From Octopus vulgaris (lineage: Eukaryota): 64,000 nucleotides of DNA. The notes below the pieces were generated by a model. That model saw only the letters and a list, made by a program, of their open reading frames with translations, ran no database searches and was not told the origin of the DNA. The position numbers and the translations under genes are program-made. Positions 61,526 through 64,000 of the stretch are shown piece after piece. The DNA lies in the NCBI GenBank assembly GCA_951406725.2, contig OX597837.1, positions 6,014,001 through 6,078,000 of the forward strand. Direction: 5' to 3'. How positions within the stretch are numbered: position 1 is the stretch's first letter; every line of letters begins with the position of its first letter.

Positions 61526-61777
61526 TATTTTTATTCAGCTCGCAAGTTCGTCTGTCTCTTGTAAATGTTAGCGTTTTGCTGTCTGCCTTGAAGCAGACCT
61601 TTCCGTTGCCATTGCTTGATATTTAAGATTGATCTTTCTAAATATTTTATTTCTCAAGTTACTCAAGATCTTTTGTTGTTTATAAATGGGAGAGATATAG
61701 ATAAAGATAGCGAGGGAGAGTCCGAGAGAAAGAAAAGTAAGAGAGTGGAAAAGTGAGAGAGAAACAAAGAGGGAAAA

Positions 61778-62065
61778 TCATCATCATCATCATCGTTTAA
61801 CGTCCGTTTTCCGTGCTAGCACGGGTTGGACAGTTTGACCGGGGTCTGGGAAGCCAGGAGGCTGCACCAGGCTCCAGTCTGATCTGGCAGTGTTTCTACA
61901 GGTGGATGACCTTCCTAACCCCAACAACTCTGTGAGTGTAGTGGCTGCTTTTTTCGTGCCGCCGGCACAGGTGCCAGGGGGGCTGGGAGCAGCAACGATC
62001 GGTTGGTGCTTTTTACGTGCCACCGTCACAGAATCCAGTCAAGGCGGCGCTGCAATCGGCCACGT
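61778..62065 (-). mobile_element. SINE/LINE-tail family D ending in (GAT)n
   Basis: Minus-strand end ...ggaaaacggacgttaaacgatgatgatg; homologous to 37350-37525. Confidence 0.7.
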
Positions 62066-62074
62066 TTTTTTTTT

Positions 62075-62149
62075 TTACGTGCTGAAAGGAAGCAACAGAA
62101 AGCAACAACCACACACTTACCCGCGCGCAGAGCGGGTCACCTTCAGCTA

Positions 62150-62150
<1 letters not shown>
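62075..62150 (+). mobile_element. Helitron 3' terminus
   Basis: Hairpin acccgc-gcgcaga-gcgggt (62119-62137), 9 nt, then CTAG|T. Confidence 0.65.
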
Positions 62151-62223
<73 letters not shown>

Positions 62224-62301
62224 TATATGTATATATATATGTATATATATATATATATATATCCATACATACATACACACACACACACAATATATATATA
62301 T

Positions 62302-62332
<31 letters not shown>

Positions 62333-62341
62333 AAAAAAAAA

Positions 62342-62390
<49 letters not shown>

Positions 62391-62394
<4 letters not shown>

Positions 62395-62610
62395 CTGGTG
62401 CATAATTATTGCGGCTATTCAACAAAAAGCAATAACATGCAACAAAAACATCGTTAAATGATTATTCCGGAGCATATTCACATATCTACTTCAGTTGCTG
62501 CTTCCAGTTTGCTTGGCAGGCGGTCAGACAGTCATTTAAAGATATTTTGGTTAAATGATATTATTGTTCTTTTTAATAAAAAAGCCGCAATAATTATACA
62601 CCAACCCGCT
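62391..62610. mobile_element. Mariner MITE with Hsmar1/MADE1-like TIRs
   Basis: ttggctggtgcataattattgcggct... and its inverted partner ...agccgcaataattatacaccaaccc, inside (TA)n. Confidence 0.78.
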
Positions 62611-62613
62611 ATA

Positions 62614-62652
<39 letters not shown>

Positions 62653-62693
62653 GGTTCGTGCATATATATATATGTGCATATATGTGCATATAG

Positions 62694-62732
<39 letters not shown>

Positions 62733-62859
62733 TAAAAAATGAATAGAAATGACATTTTTCTAATAATTTAGCTAATTATTAAAGTGGGAAAATTATCACA
62801 ATAACCATTTCTGATCATGTTTTCAAATATATAATGCCGTATCAGATTCTTTCATTCTG

Positions 62860-62927
<68 letters not shown>

Positions 62928-63639
62928 ACACACACTCACATATATACATGTAGTTAATTCATTTGCTTGACGATTTAAAAAAATTTAAGGTAAATCATGA
63001 AGGATATTTTTTTAAGATTCTTAGTGCAAAAATTTTCTCAGGTAAATGAAATTTTTGCATCTGAACTCTCCTTCATAAATAAGACTAATACAGCATATGT
63101 TTTTACTATGAGCAACGGCATATCGAGATATTGTGCCGAAACCTTATTATTTAAATGTATGTATTTATGCATGTGTGTAGATATGCGTGTGCGTATATAC
63201 ATGCACAGAAACCCCTGTACATATACACTCACATATATATATTATCATATATATGTATAATTATATATCTTATATATCATATAAAATATGTATATATATA
63301 AATTATATATAATTTAAAATATGCATATATAGATTTAAAATGTGTATATATAAATTATTTATCATACCAATATTATATGTTATATATATCACACATATAT
63401 ATATATCCTATATATCACAGATATGAATATATGTATGTATTTCTCTCACTTTCTCTGTCGCCCTTACTCTCTCCCTCTTTCTTTCTTTTTACATACATAC
63501 AAAAATATATACAAACATATATACATGTATACTATACGTGCGTAAAATAGAACAATGCATATTCTTGTATAGAATTAATTAACGCACCTATGTTGGTATG
63601 TAGGTAAGTAGGTACATCAGTACAAATATTTATACATAT

Positions 63640-63803
<164 letters not shown>

Positions 63804-63819
63804 ATATACATATATATAC

Positions 63820-63881
<62 letters not shown>

Positions 63882-64000
63882 GTATGAGTGCGTGTGTGTG
63901 TGCATATGTATGTATGCACACACACACACACACACACATACATGTATGTACGTAAATATATATAAATACATATTTATAGATTGAATGAGAAGAACTATTC

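Overview
AT-rich, microsatellite-saturated eukaryotic intergenic or intronic DNA. The SINE families suggest an octopod cephalopod (inference). No intact host protein-coding gene is supported, and nearly all listed ORFs are microsatellite read-throughs. The real content is mobile DNA: two R4/Dong-type RLE LINE 3' parts in (TAA)n plus an older relic, an L1/Tx1-type 3' end in (GATA)n plus relics, an RTE 3' end, a young Penelope-like element (RT + GIY-YIG) with a ~528-bp inverted terminal duplication, further PLE fragments, four SINE families, mariner/Tc1 MITEs, two Helitron 3' ends, a 1.4-kb tandem duplication and a 58-bp minisatellite. The most notable unannotated layer is about ten type-I hammerhead-ribozyme-like motifs, folded by eye. 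They include canonical ones (46010, 33506), a U3-A8 compensated core in the PLE terminal repeats, and a four-copy ~175-bp non-coding family with covarying stem I. Most lie next to (TA)n or other microsatellite tracts.
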